A DNA stretch of 64,000 bases from Pseudomonadota bacterium (GCA_021795715.1 JAJYPD010000007.1:8956-72955), one strand, 5' to 3'; counted from the first letter of the stretch, positions 31,064-40,960 are shown. Program-made: numbers and translations. The notes: generated from the sequence alone by a model not told the origin.

Positions 31064-32027
31064 TGGTGTGATCGCCGCGGTGATGCTCGCGGCAGCGGCC
31101 ATCTTCGCCTACGCGCAGTGGCCCCTTCATCCCGGGCCGCATACGTACCATCTGCGGCCCGGAACGACGATGCGCGCCTTCGCAGACGATCTGCGGCGCC
31201 AGCACGTCATCGACGCGGTGGACCCCTTTCTGCTCCTGGCCCACCTGGCTGGCGAAAGCAACGCCCTGCAGGCCGGCAGCTACCGTCTCGACAACCCGAC
31301 CAGTGTGTGGGCCATCCTGCAACAAGTGGTCGATGGCCGGGTGGTGCAATATCCGGTTACGCTCGTGCCCGGCTGGACCTTTCAGCAAGTCCGGCAGGCG
31401 CTACACTGTCCCCACCTGAGGGACAATATCGCCGGTCTGCCGGATCACGCGGTCATGGCAAAGCTCGGGCATCCCCGCGCAAGCGCGCAGGGTGCCTTCT
31501 TCCCTGACACCTACTTTTATACAAGCTCCGCCACGGCCACATCGATTCTGCGGCGCGCGTATCGGCGCATGCACGCGCTGCTCGTCGCGGACTGGCGGGG
31601 GAGGGCGGCCGGCTTGCCGATCGCCAATCCGAAGCAGGCCCTCATCCTGGCGTCCCTGGTCGAGCGCGAAACCGCCAAGGATGGAGAGCGGCGCAAGATC
31701 GCCGGGGTCTTTGTCAACCGCCTGCGCCTGCACATGCCGCTGCAGACCGATCCGACGGTGATTTTTGGGTTGGGACCCCGTTATCACGGCGTGCTGACCG
31801 CAGGTGATTTGGCGTTCAAAAGCCCGTACAATACGTACCTTCATGTCGGCTTGCCACCGACACCGATCGCGCTTCCAAGCGCACGCGCGCTCTATGCGGC
31901 CATGCACCCCCTGAAGACCCGCGCGCTATACTTTGTGGCAACGGGTCTTGGCGGGCACGTGTTTTCCGCGACCCTGCAGCAGCAGGATCAGGAAATCATC
32001 AAATACGAGCTACACGGTCACCCATAA
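31047..32027 (+). CDS. mltG: Endolytic murein transglycosylase MltG (YceG)
   Basis: N-terminal TM and YceG motifs ILASLVERET, LQTDPTVIFG and SPYNTYLHVGLPPTPI. Confidence 0.85.
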   Translation: MRRFLSGVIAAVMLAAAAIFAYAQWPLHPGPHTYHLRPGTTMRAFADDLRRQHVIDAVDPFLLLAHLAGESNALQAGSYRLDNPTSVWAILQQVVDGRVVQYPVTLVPGWTFQQVRQALHCPHLRDNIAGLPDHAVMAKLGHPRASAQGAFFPDTYFYTSSATATSILRRAYRRMHALLVADWRGRAAGLPIANPKQALILASLVERETAKDGERRKIAGVFVNRLRLHMPLQTDPTVIFGLGPRYHGVLTAGDLAFKSPYNTYLHVGLPPTPIALPSARALYAAMHPLKTRALYFVATGLGGHVFSATLQQQDQEIIKYELHGHP

Positions 32028-32030
32028 TCC

Positions 32031-32627
32031 ATGTTCATAACGCTCGAAGGCATAGACGGAAGCGGCAAAACAACGCAGATCGCGACACTCGCCAAGCGAT
32101 TGAGGGCGCAGGGACACGATGTCGTTTTGACGCGCGAGCCGGGCGGCACGGCGGTCGGCGAGAGACTGCGCACGGTGCTTTTGGAAAGTGCCGATATGCA
32201 GCCTCGCACCGAGCTGCTGCTGATGTTTGCGGCGCGGCTCGAAAATCTGGCACAGATCGTCCTGCCGGCCCTTGCACTCGGCAGGATTGTCTTGTGTGAC
32301 CGCTATCTGGACGCGACCTACGCCTATCAGGGGTATGGGCGCCGCCTGCCGTTGCCTCTCATCGACGAGCTGGTCCGGTCGCTCGCGGTGCCGCAACCGG
32401 ATCTGACGCTGCTGCTGGATCTGCCGCCGGAAACGGCGCTGGCGCGGCGTTGCGATCGCCGCATCGATCGCATCGAGGCGGCCGATCCTGCATTCTTCAA
32501 GCGTGTCCGTCAGGGCTATCTGGCGCGCGCGGAGGCGGCGCCTGAGCGCATCGTGGTGGTCGATGGGGCGCGCGCCTTCCATTATGTCGAAGAGGCGCTC
32601 ATCCATGCCGTCCTCGCCCGCCTGTGA
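32031..32627 (+). CDS. tmk: Thymidylate kinase
   Basis: P-loop FITLEGIDGSGKTTQ, TREPGGT and DRYxxAT. Confidence 0.9.
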   Translation: MFITLEGIDGSGKTTQIATLAKRLRAQGHDVVLTREPGGTAVGERLRTVLLESADMQPRTELLLMFAARLENLAQIVLPALALGRIVLCDRYLDATYAYQGYGRRLPLPLIDELVRSLAVPQPDLTLLLDLPPETALARRCDRRIDRIEAADPAFFKRVRQGYLARAEAAPERIVVVDGARAFHYVEEALIHAVLARL

Positions 32628-33576
32628 GATCTTGCCCTGGCATCAGGACCTGTGGGGTGTCCTCGCGGCAAGCCCGCGCCTAGGCCACGCCTTGCTGCTG
32701 GCGGGCCCGGCGGGCGTGGGAAAAACACGTTTCGCCGACGCGCTCGGCCGCCATCTGTTGTGTGCAACGGGGTCCGCCTGCGGTCAATGCCGCTCGTGCC
32801 ACCTCCTCACCGTCGCCAATCATCCGGATCTGGTCCGCTGTGCCCCGGCACCCGGGAAGACGGAAATCCCGATCGATGACGTGCGCGAACTGACGGCGTT
32901 CCTGACGCTGACATCCCACCTCGGGCGCGGCCGGGTGGCCATCATTGAAGAGGCTGAACGGTTGAGCCGCGCGGCCGCCAATGCGCTTCTGAAGAGCCTC
33001 GAGGAGCCCCCCCTGGGTGCCCACCTGCTGCTCATCAGCCATGCGCCCGAGCGGTTGCTGCCGACGGTGCGGTCTCGTTGTCAGCGCGTGAATTTTCCAG
33101 TGCCTGCCTGGGAGGAGGGTCTTACCTACCTGCAGTCGGTCGGCTGTCCGCAGCCTGTGGCCGCGCTGACCTTGGCCGGCGGCGCGCCGCTGCGTGCCGC
33201 GGCCCTCACGGCGGCCGATCTGCAAATGGGGGAAGATCTCCTGAAGGCGCTGGAAGATGTCCGTTCTGGCCGGCTCGATGCGCTGGCGGCGGCGGAGGTG
33301 TGGCACAAGATCGACGGCCACAAGGCCTTTGCGGTCCTGACAGCGCTTTTGGCGCGCGCCATACAACGTACGGTCCCAGTTCCTTCCGGGGATCGGCCGG
33401 ATCCGCTGGCAGACAGGTTGCAGACGCTCGTGGTTGGTCTAGACTTGAGGCAGATCTTCGGCTTGTGGGATAAAATTCTTGACCATCGTGGACTGCTGGA
33501 TGCCCCGCTCGACCGTCGCCTCGTTTGGGACGAAGTGTTTCTGGTGTGGCAACACATGAGCCACCAAACGGCATGA
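32605..33576 (+). CDS. holB: DNA polymerase III delta-prime subunit
   Basis: PWHQDLW, AAA-like GPAGVGKT, and Zn module CGQCRSCHL. Start taken at the Met giving a normal HolB N-terminus; the track starts at 32503 inside tmk. Confidence 0.8.
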   Translation: MPSSPACEILPWHQDLWGVLAASPRLGHALLLAGPAGVGKTRFADALGRHLLCATGSACGQCRSCHLLTVANHPDLVRCAPAPGKTEIPIDDVRELTAFLTLTSHLGRGRVAIIEEAERLSRAAANALLKSLEEPPLGAHLLLISHAPERLLPTVRSRCQRVNFPVPAWEEGLTYLQSVGCPQPVAALTLAGGAPLRAAALTAADLQMGEDLLKALEDVRSGRLDALAAAEVWHKIDGHKAFAVLTALLARAIQRTVPVPSGDRPDPLADRLQTLVVGLDLRQIFGLWDKILDHRGLLDAPLDRRLVWDEVFLVWQHMSHQTA

Positions 33577-33941
33577 GCGAGAACCAATCCGCCCCCAAGG
33601 GAGTGGCGCGCCCGGGCGTCCTGTCTTTGGTGATCAAGGACCGCAATGCCCTGTACGCAGCCTATATGCCGTTCCTGAAGGGTGGCGGCCTGTTCATTCC
33701 GAGCAATAAACCCTACCGGCTCGGCGATGAGGTTTTCATGCTGCTTACCCTCATGGACAGCAAGGAAAAGATCCCCGTCGCCGGTCATGTCGTCTGGGTC
33801 ACGCCCCTGGATGCACCGCGTGGCCGGGCGCCGGGTATCGGCATCCAGTTCAGCGCGAAAGATTCCGGAGTCGCGCGGGCCCGGATCGAGAATCTGCTCA
33901 TCGGTCAATTGCAATCGGATCGGCCTACCCATACGATGTAG
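33573..33941 (+). CDS. pilZ: PilZ-domain protein (type IV pilus assembly PilZ type)
   Basis: GVLSLVIKDRNALYAAYMPFLKGGGLFIP...VVWVTP matches the holB-linked PilZ of pseudomonads and xanthomonads. ATGA overlap with the holB stop. Confidence 0.75.
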   Translation: MSENQSAPKGVARPGVLSLVIKDRNALYAAYMPFLKGGGLFIPSNKPYRLGDEVFMLLTLMDSKEKIPVAGHVVWVTPLDAPRGRAPGIGIQFSAKDSGVARARIENLLIGQLQSDRPTHTM

Positions 33942-33944
33942 GGC

Positions 33945-34724
33945 ATGCCGTTTGTTGATTCGCATTGCCATATCCATCTTCCCCCCCTCGTTGCCGATAC
34001 GGCCCGCCTGATCCAGCGCGCACGCGAGCAGGATGTGCAGCATATGCTCTGCGTCAGCGTGAGCTTGCGGGATACACCGGCGATCGATGCCATAGTCGCC
34101 GCGCATGACAACGTATTTGCCTCGGTCGGCGTCCACCCGGATGAGCCGGCACCCGATGCGCTCTACGATGAGGTCGTGCAGCTTGGGCGCCGTGAACGGA
34201 TCGTCGCGGTAGGGGAGACCGGGCTCGACTACTACAGGCTCACCGGTCCTGCAAGCGCGCAGCAGGAGGCGTTCCGCCAGCAGATCGCCGCCGCCCGGGC
34301 CTTGTCAAAGCCGCTTATCATCCACACACGGGAGGCGGCGGAAGACACACTGCGTATCCTTAAGGAAGAGAAGGCTTCGGAGGTGGGCGGGGTGATGCAT
34401 TGCTTCACCGAGACCGAGGCCGTCGCCCGTGCCGCTTTGGAGCTCAATTTCCTGATTTCGTTTTCCGGCATCGTGACTTTCAAGAATGCGCAGGCGCTGC
34501 GCGACGTGGCCGCGATCGTGCCGCCAGACCGGCTCCTGATCGAAACGGACGCCCCTTATCTGGCGCCCGTCCCCCACCGGGGACAGCCCAATGAGCCGGC
34601 CTATGTGCCCTTGGTGGCGCAATGTCTGGCCGATATCCACCACATATCACCCGCCCGCATCGGCGAACAGACGACCGCCAATTTCTTTGCGCTTTTTCGC
34701 GCCGCCCGCCCGACTGCGGCCTAG
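33945..34724 (+). CDS. TatD-family metal-dependent hydrolase (YcfH)
   Basis: DSHCHI metal site, GETGLDY, IIHTR, ETDAPYL. Confidence 0.85.
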   Translation: MPFVDSHCHIHLPPLVADTARLIQRAREQDVQHMLCVSVSLRDTPAIDAIVAAHDNVFASVGVHPDEPAPDALYDEVVQLGRRERIVAVGETGLDYYRLTGPASAQQEAFRQQIAAARALSKPLIIHTREAAEDTLRILKEEKASEVGGVMHCFTETEAVARAALELNFLISFSGIVTFKNAQALRDVAAIVPPDRLLIETDAPYLAPVPHRGQPNEPAYVPLVAQCLADIHHISPARIGEQTTANFFALFRAARPTAA

Positions 34725-34751
34725 CGCCGCCTTCTCCAACTGACTGATTAC

Positions 34752-34828
34752 ATGGATACTTCATATATCCCTTATATCCCCTAATGGATAGTTGTGCGAC
34801 CGGAACCCTATCCCCTCAGGGGCATAGG
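34752..34828 (+). promoter_or_regulatory. Heptamer array (TATCCCY / TATCCAT) and imperfect palindrome in the dsrA upstream region; candidate operator cluster
   Basis: ATGGATA 34752-58, TATCCCT 34766-72, TATCCCC 34775-81 and ATGGATA 34784-90, the last two forming a 7-2-7 inverted repeat. Palindrome CCTATCCCC-TCA-GGGGCATAGG at 34807-28. Local GC drop. Confidence 0.45.
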
Positions 34829-34889
34829 CGTTTGCCGGGCACTTCCTTACTCTCGTCCCCATGCCCTAGGCCTTGCATAAGGAGTGGCG

Positions 34890-36158
34890 ATGAAAGAAGT
34901 GAAGAAGATGCCAGCAACGCCCATGCTCGATAAACTCGAGAGTGGCCCCTGGCCGAGTTTCGTATCAGGACTGAAGCGGCTCGCAAAGGATAACGACAAG
35001 TCCTACGCGCCGATGATGAAAGATTTGCTGGGCCAGTTGGAGTATTCCTACGAAACCCGCAAAGGCTACTGGAAAGGCGGCACCGTCGGCGTGCTCGGTT
35101 ACGGCGGCGGCATCATCCCGCGGTTTTCCGAAGTGGCAGACCAGTTCCCCGAATCGGCGGAATTTCACACACTCCGCATCATGCCTGCACCGGGCATGCA
35201 TTACACCACCGAAGTCCTGCGCAAATTCTGTGACATCTGGGAGGAATTCGGTTCCGGCCTGGTCGCCCTGCATGGACAAAGCGGCGACATTATGTTTCAG
35301 GGTTGCACGACCAAGAATGTCCAGCCCGCCTTCGACGCATTCAATGAAATGGGATTTGACCTGGGCGGCGCGGGTCCGGCCCTGCGCACTTCCATGTCGT
35401 GCGTCGGACATGCCCGCTGCGAGCATTCGTGCTATGACGAACAGCGCGCCCATCGGGTGATCATCAACGAGTTCCTCGATGAACTGCACCGTCCGGCCAT
35501 GCCGTACAAGTTCAAGTTCAAGTTTTCCGGCTGCCCCAACGATTGCACGAGTTCGATCCAGCGTTCCGATTTCGCGATCATCGGCACGTGGCGCGACAAC
35601 ATGAAGGTTGATCAGGCGGAAGTGAAGGCGTTCGTCGCCAAGAAAGGGCGCGCCTATGTCATCGACAACGTCATCACGCGCTGCCCGACACACAGCCTGC
35701 GCCTGAAGGATGACGACACGCTCGATGTCGACAACCGCAACTGCGTGCGCTGCATGCACTGCATCAACGTCATGACCAAGGCGTTGTCGCCTGGTGATGA
35801 CCGCGGCGCCACCATTCTCCTGGGCGGCAAGCGCACCCTGAAGGTGGGTGATCTCATGGGCACCGTGATGATGCCGTTTCTGCCGCTGAACACAGACGAG
35901 GACTTCGAAAACCTCGTTGATATCGCGCGGCGGACCATGGAGTTTTTCATGGATAACGCGCTTGAGCATGAACGGACCGGTGAAATGATCGAGCGTATCG
36001 GTTTGACGACCGTGCTCGAGGGCATCGGTCTGCCGCTTGACCCCAACATGATTGCGCATCCGCGCACCAATCCCTACGTCCGCATGGACGAATGGGACGA
36101 CGAGGTGGCCAAGCAGAAAGCCAGCAAGGCGGAACATAAGAACGGGGGGCAGTCATGA
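34890..36158 (+). CDS. dsrA: Reverse-type dissimilatory sulfite reductase alpha subunit
   Basis: ATPMLDKLESGPWPSFVSG N-terminus as in Allochromatium DsrA. Siroheme/FeS Cys cluster SCVGHARCEHSC and ferredoxin insert CVRCMHCINV. AAGGAG lies 5 nt before the ATG at 34890. Confidence 0.95.
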   Translation: MKEVKKMPATPMLDKLESGPWPSFVSGLKRLAKDNDKSYAPMMKDLLGQLEYSYETRKGYWKGGTVGVLGYGGGIIPRFSEVADQFPESAEFHTLRIMPAPGMHYTTEVLRKFCDIWEEFGSGLVALHGQSGDIMFQGCTTKNVQPAFDAFNEMGFDLGGAGPALRTSMSCVGHARCEHSCYDEQRAHRVIINEFLDELHRPAMPYKFKFKFSGCPNDCTSSIQRSDFAIIGTWRDNMKVDQAEVKAFVAKKGRAYVIDNVITRCPTHSLRLKDDDTLDVDNRNCVRCMHCINVMTKALSPGDDRGATILLGGKRTLKVGDLMGTVMMPFLPLNTDEDFENLVDIARRTMEFFMDNALEHERTGEMIERIGLTTVLEGIGLPLDPNMIAHPRTNPYVRMDEWDDEVAKQKASKAEHKNGGQS

Positions 36159-37222
36159 GCGTACGCAAACCGGTGGAATGCGGGGTTCCCGAAGCGGGCC
36201 CCTACATGCACCCAGTCATGAAGAAGAACTACGGGGCATGGAAGTGGCATGAGCGTCCGCGTCCCGGTGTTTTGCACCATGTTGCCAAGGGCGGTGACGA
36301 GCTCTGGACGGTGCGCGCCGGTACGCAGCGCCAGATGGACGTCGGCACGATCCGCACACTGTGCGACATCGCCGATCGTTATGCCGACGGGTATGTGCGC
36401 TTCACGACGCGCAACAACATCGAATTCATGGTGGCCAAGGAGTCGCAGGTGGCTCCGCTGATCAAGGCCCTGCAGGCGGCTGGGTTCCCTGTGGGCGGCA
36501 CCGGCAACTCGATTTCCATGATCTCGCATACGCAAGGCTGGCTGCATTGCGACATACCGGGCACTGACGCCTCTGGCGTGGTCAAGGCATTGATGGATGA
36601 GCTGCATGAGGAGTTCATCAACGAGCGCCTGCCCAACCGGTTGCGCATCTCCACCTCCTGTTGCGAAATCAACTGCGGTGGTCAGGCGGACATCGCCATC
36701 AACATCCAGCATACAAAGCCCCCGCGCATCAATCACGATCAGGTCGCAAACGTCTGCGAGCGCCCAAGCGTCATTGCCCGTTGCCCGGTTGCGGCCATCC
36801 GCCCGGCGATGGTGAACGGCAAGCCGTCTCTGGAAGTCGACGAACGCAAGTGTGTCTGCTGCGGCGCGTGCTTCCCGCCATGCCCGCCGATGATGATCAA
36901 CGATCCGGAACACTCCAAACTGGCGATCTGGGTGGGCGGCAAGCACTCCAACGCGCGCAGCAAGCCTTCGTTTCACAAGCTCGTCGTCGCCAATCTGCCG
37001 AACAACCCGCCGCGCTGGCCCGAGGTGGCGGCCGTCGTCAAGCGCATCATCCATGCGTACAAGGATGGTGCCCATGACTGGGAGCGTATGGGCGAATGGA
37101 TTGAGCGGATTGGTTGGCCGCGGTTCTTTGAACTCGTGGATCTGCCGTTTACCAAGTTCCATGTCGACAACTGGCGTGGCGGGCGGTTGAGCCTGAACGC
37201 GTCGACCTACGTTCGCTTCTAG
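36155..37222 (+). CDS. dsrB: Reverse-type dissimilatory sulfite reductase beta subunit
   Basis: Sulfite reductase fold, Cys clusters STSCCEINCGG and CVCCGACFPPCP. ATGA overlap with dsrA. Confidence 0.95.
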   Translation: MSVRKPVECGVPEAGPYMHPVMKKNYGAWKWHERPRPGVLHHVAKGGDELWTVRAGTQRQMDVGTIRTLCDIADRYADGYVRFTTRNNIEFMVAKESQVAPLIKALQAAGFPVGGTGNSISMISHTQGWLHCDIPGTDASGVVKALMDELHEEFINERLPNRLRISTSCCEINCGGQADIAINIQHTKPPRINHDQVANVCERPSVIARCPVAAIRPAMVNGKPSLEVDERKCVCCGACFPPCPPMMINDPEHSKLAIWVGGKHSNARSKPSFHKLVVANLPNNPPRWPEVAAVVKRIIHAYKDGAHDWERMGEWIERIGWPRFFELVDLPFTKFHVDNWRGGRLSLNASTYVRF

Positions 37223-37236
37223 TCTAGGAACAGGCC

Positions 37237-37596
37237 ATGAAAATCGGCATCTTGGTCAATGAAGGCCCTTACCAGCATCAGGCGGCAGACAGCGCGTACC
37301 AGTTCGCCGTCGCCGCCCTGAAGGCGGGCCATCAAGTGCAAAGGATCTTCTTCTATCACGATGGCGTGCACAATGCGTCGTCCCTGACCGAGCCGCCGCG
37401 GGATGACCGCCAGATCGTGCAACGCTGGTCGCAGCTTGCCGAGGAGCACAAGGTGGACCTGGTCGTGTGCATCGCCGCGGCGCTGCGCCGGGGTATCCGC
37501 GAGCAGAATCTCGCGCCGGGTTTTCGCATATCCGGCCTCGGACAGCTGGTCGAGTCGGGTATCCAGGCGGACCGCCTGGTGGTATTTGGCGATTAG
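37237..37596 (+). CDS. dsrE: Sulfurtransferase DsrE
   Basis: NEGPYQHQAADSAYQFA...FRISGLGQLVESGIQADRLVVFGD is near-colinear with A. vinosum DsrE. Confidence 0.9.
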   Translation: MKIGILVNEGPYQHQAADSAYQFAVAALKAGHQVQRIFFYHDGVHNASSLTEPPRDDRQIVQRWSQLAEEHKVDLVVCIAAALRRGIREQNLAPGFRISGLGQLVESGIQADRLVVFGD

Positions 37597-37605
37597 GGGG
37601 CCGCG

Positions 37606-37995
37606 ATGAGCATGGAAGAAGGAGAAACAACCGGGGTCGTCAAGCGGTTTCTGTTCGTCAACCGCAAGGCGCCCTACGGAACGATTTACGCACTGGAGGC
37701 GCTCGAGGTGGTTCTGATCACCGCGGCTTTCGATCAGGACGTAAGCCTCGCGTTCCTTGATGATGGCGTCTACCAGCTCCTGAAGACGGCGGATCCGACC
37801 GGCATCGGCATGAAAAATTTCGCGCCGACCTACCGGGCCCTCGACGATTACGACATCACGAAGCTGTTCGTGGAACGGGAATCTCTCGAGGAGCGCGGAT
37901 TACCAGAGGACAACTTCGTCGTACCGGTGACGGTCATCAGTCGGGCGGAAATGGCCGACATGATGGCGGCCCAGGACGTCGTACTGTCATTTTAA
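37606..37995 (+). CDS. dsrF: Sulfurtransferase DsrF
   Basis: DsrE/F/H fold (FLFVNRKAPYGTIYALEALEV), second gene of the EFH triplet. Confidence 0.9.
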   Translation: MSMEEGETTGVVKRFLFVNRKAPYGTIYALEALEVVLITAAFDQDVSLAFLDDGVYQLLKTADPTGIGMKNFAPTYRALDDYDITKLFVERESLEERGLPEDNFVVPVTVISRAEMADMMAAQDVVLSF

Positions 37996-38006
37996 AAGGG
38001 GACGAC

Positions 38007-38309
38007 ATGCTGCATACCGTCAACAAATCACCGCTACAAAGCCGGACGCTCGAGCAATGTCTTGCCCATGTCCGGCCGGGCGGGGCCGTATTACTGATTG
38101 AAGACGCCGTTTACGCGGCGACGGCACGCACGGCGGCCGGAGCGCAAATCGAGAAGAGCGTCGCGCAGTTTCCCGTGTACGTACTGGAACCCGACCTGAA
38201 GGCGCGCGGTATAGCCAGCAAGGACGTGGTCAAGGGCGTGACGGCAGTCGATTACGCCGGTTTCGTGAAGCTCGTGACAGAGCACGACGCCGTGCAAGCG
38301 TGGCTCTAG
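38007..38309 (+). CDS. dsrH: Sulfurtransferase DsrH
   Basis: MLHTVNKSP... 100 aa, the TusB/DsrH family position. Confidence 0.9.
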   Translation: MLHTVNKSPLQSRTLEQCLAHVRPGGAVLLIEDAVYAATARTAAGAQIEKSVAQFPVYVLEPDLKARGIASKDVVKGVTAVDYAGFVKLVTEHDAVQAWL

Positions 38310-38343
38310 GGTCGCAGACATTCAGGGTGAACAGGAGAGTACC

Positions 38344-38676
38344 ATGGCATACGAAGTGAACGGACAGAGCGTGACGGCAGACGAAGAGGGTTACATTGTC
38401 AATTTGGCCGAATGGAGCGAGCCGCTTGCCAACGTCATCGCGCAAAGTGAAGGCCTTGAGCTGACGTCCAACCACTGGGAAGTGATCAACTTCCTGCGTG
38501 AATACTACGGTGAATTCCAGATCGCGCCCGCGATCCGGGTGCTGACCAAGGCCATTGGCAAGAAGCTTGGTCCGGACAAGGGCAACAACAAGTATCTCTA
38601 CGACCTGTTCCCCTACGGTCCGGCCAAGCAGGCCTGCAAAATCGCCGGGCTGCCCAAGCCCACGGGGTGTATCTAA
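38344..38676 (+). CDS. dsrC: DsrC sulfur-carrier protein
   Basis: TusE/DsrC fold. C-terminal arm ...KQACKIAGLPKPTGCI has both conserved cysteines (penultimate Cys, and Cys 11 residues upstream). Confidence 0.95.
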   Translation: MAYEVNGQSVTADEEGYIVNLAEWSEPLANVIAQSEGLELTSNHWEVINFLREYYGEFQIAPAIRVLTKAIGKKLGPDKGNNKYLYDLFPYGPAKQACKIAGLPKPTGCI

Positions 38677-38705
38677 CAGCGGATCCCGGAGGCGGAGGCG
38701 GAATC

Positions 38706-39473
38706 ATGGCGACATGGACCATAGCGTATGCAGTGTTGTTGTACCTCGCGGCGATCGTTCTGGTCGGAGGGCTTTGCTACCGCATAGCACTCTACGCCAT
38801 GACAAAGGCCCCGCTCCGGATTCCCACCATGCCTGCGCCCCGGACACGTTCCGGCGTCGCCGTGCGCATGGCGGGCGAAGTGGGGCTCTTTACCAGCCTC
38901 TTTCGCGGCGACAAATGGGCTTGGATCTGGAGCTATCTCTTTCACGTCAGCCTTCTCCTCGTGCTGCTTCAGCACCTGCGCTATGTGTTCGTGAGCGTCC
39001 CCACGTGGGTGGTGTGGGAGTCGCCGTTTGGCAGTTACGCGGGGGCGGTGCTCGTCGTCTCCCTCATCGGACTGTTTGGGCGGCGGCTGATTAATGCGCG
39101 CGTGCGGTTCCTGTCTGGACCGTCGGACTATCTGATGCTGGTCTTGCTGTTTGCCATCGGTGTGACGGGCGCGATGATGCGCTTTGTCAGCCGCGTGAAC
39201 ATCGTCGGCTTCAAGGCGTTCATTCTTGGTCTCATGTACATGCATCTCCATCCGCTTCCGGATGACACGCTCATTCTGGTGCATGTCGGTCTCGTGGCCC
39301 TGCTCATGCTGGTGCTGCCCTTTAGCAAACTGCTGCATGCGCCAGGCGTCCTTTTCAGTCCGACCCGTAATCAGGTGGACAATGCGCGCCACGAGGCGCA
39401 GACACCGCGTGATCAGACCGCGCGCGGTGCCCGCGTTGGAGCAGAGCCCGTCGGTCAGGATGGTGCCCTATGA
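38706..39473 (+). CDS. dsrM: DsrM, NarI-like dihaem b membrane subunit
   Basis: 5 predicted TM helices with conserved His. Start at MATWTIAY; the track ORF begins 13 codons earlier, inside dsrC. Confidence 0.9.
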   Translation: MATWTIAYAVLLYLAAIVLVGGLCYRIALYAMTKAPLRIPTMPAPRTRSGVAVRMAGEVGLFTSLFRGDKWAWIWSYLFHVSLLLVLLQHLRYVFVSVPTWVVWESPFGSYAGAVLVVSLIGLFGRRLINARVRFLSGPSDYLMLVLLFAIGVTGAMMRFVSRVNIVGFKAFILGLMYMHLHPLPDDTLILVHVGLVALLMLVLPFSKLLHAPGVLFSPTRNQVDNARHEAQTPRDQTARGARVGAEPVGQDGAL

Positions 39474-40960
39474 GCGATATCACCGTACCAGCGCTTGGCG
39501 AATATGTGGAGACCCCCGAGCCGCGCGCCGGAGTGACAAAAGACATCCATACCTTCAAGGCAGGTCCCGAGCACCAGCGCGCGCTGGGATTCCCGGAAAG
39601 CCTGGTGGATGGCTGGCAGGAGAAGGCCATCCGCCGCCTGGGTGAACTGCTCGATACGCAGCGTGGACTGCGTGTCTACATGGATTCGTGCGTCAAGTGC
39701 GGCGCGTGCACGGACAAGTGCCATTATTTTCTGGGTACGGGCGAGGCCAACAATATGCCGGCGGCGCGCGCGGATCTGCTGCGCAAAGTGTACCGGCGGT
39801 ACTTCACGTGGCCCGGAAAATGGTTTCCCAAGCTTGTGGGTGCCACCGATCTGACGCCGGAAGTCCTCGATTCCTGGTACACGTACTTCCATCAATGCTC
39901 GCAGTGCCGGCGCTGCTCGGTGTTTTGTCCCTACGGGATTGACACCGCCGAGGTGTCCATGGCGGCGCGCGAGATCATGGACAGCATTGGCGTAGGCACA
40001 AAGTACACCAACGAGATTCTCGGCAAGGTTCACAAGGTCGGCAACAATCTCGGTCTTCCGGAGCCGGCACTGCGCAATACCCTCGAAGGTCTGGAGGAGG
40101 ACGTCAAGGACAGCACGGGCGTTGACGTGCGCTTCCCGGTGGACGTCGAGGGCGCCGAGGTGCTTCTCATCACGCCATCGGCCGACTTTTTTGCCGAACC
40201 GCACATCGACGGATTGATCGGTTATGCCAAGGTGTTCCACCAGGCGGGCATCAGCTGGACACTCAGCACGCACGCCTCGGAGGCGGCCAACTTCGCGATG
40301 TTCATCGGCAGCCATGAACAGATGCGCAAGGTGGCGATACGTATACGCGAAGCGGCGATTGCGCTCAAGGTCAAGCGGATTGTCGTGGGGGAATGCGGTC
40401 ACGCGTGGCGGGTCGCCTATTCCTTCTGGAACACCCTCATTGGGCCTTTTGACTTTCTGGATCCGCGCTACCCGCAGCCGCAGCATATCTGCGAGGTGAC
40501 GGAGGATCTCATCGGCCGGGGCGCCCTGAAGCTCGATCCGAGCGCGAACGACGAACGCGTCGTCACCTTCCACGATTCGTGCAACGTGGCACGCGCCACG
40601 CGCATGGGCGGCCGTCCGGGCGGCCAGTTCGAGGTTCCACGTTCCGTCATCCGGTCTGTCTGCAAGAATTTCGTGGAGATGAGCCCTGAGACAACGGGAG
40701 ACAGGACGTTTTGTTGCGGAGGCGGCGGCGGACTTTTGACCGACGACCTTCTGGAACTGCGCGTCAAAGGCGCGCTGCCGCGGATGCAGGCGCTGGATGC
40801 GGTCGTGAAGGAAAAGAAGGTCACGCATATGGCCGCGATCTGTGCCATATGCAAGAGCCAGTTTACGAAGGTACTGCCTTATTACGGCTTGGACCGCGAG
40901 ATGATCATCAGTGTGCATCAACTTGTGGGTGACGCCATCGTATTGGGCGCAAAAGAATAG
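39470..40960 (+). CDS. dsrK: DsrK, HdrD-like FeS catalytic subunit
   Basis: CVKCGACTDKC and CSQCRRCSVFCP ferredoxin motifs. CCG domain FCCGGGGG. Confidence 0.95.
   Translation: MSDITVPALGEYVETPEPRAGVTKDIHTFKAGPEHQRALGFPESLVDGWQEKAIRRLGELLDTQRGLRVYMDSCVKCGACTDKCHYFLGTGEANNMPAARADLLRKVYRRYFTWPGKWFPKLVGATDLTPEVLDSWYTYFHQCSQCRRCSVFCPYGIDTAEVSMAAREIMDSIGVGTKYTNEILGKVHKVGNNLGLPEPALRNTLEGLEEDVKDSTGVDVRFPVDVEGAEVLLITPSADFFAEPHIDGLIGYAKVFHQAGISWTLSTHASEAANFAMFIGSHEQMRKVAIRIREAAIALKVKRIVVGECGHAWRVAYSFWNTLIGPFDFLDPRYPQPQHICEVTEDLIGRGALKLDPSANDERVVTFHDSCNVARATRMGGRPGGQFEVPRSVIRSVCKNFVEMSPETTGDRTFCCGGGGGLLTDDLLELRVKGALPRMQALDAVVKEKKVTHMAAICAICKSQFTKVLPYYGLDREMIISVHQLVGDAIVLGAKE

Noticed and set aside
34965-37162. 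Minus-strand ORFs of 390 and 362 aa opposite dsrA and dsrB
   Set aside because: They are shadow ORFs. dsrAB coding is certain from its Cys-cluster motifs and its colinearity with Allochromatium DsrAB.
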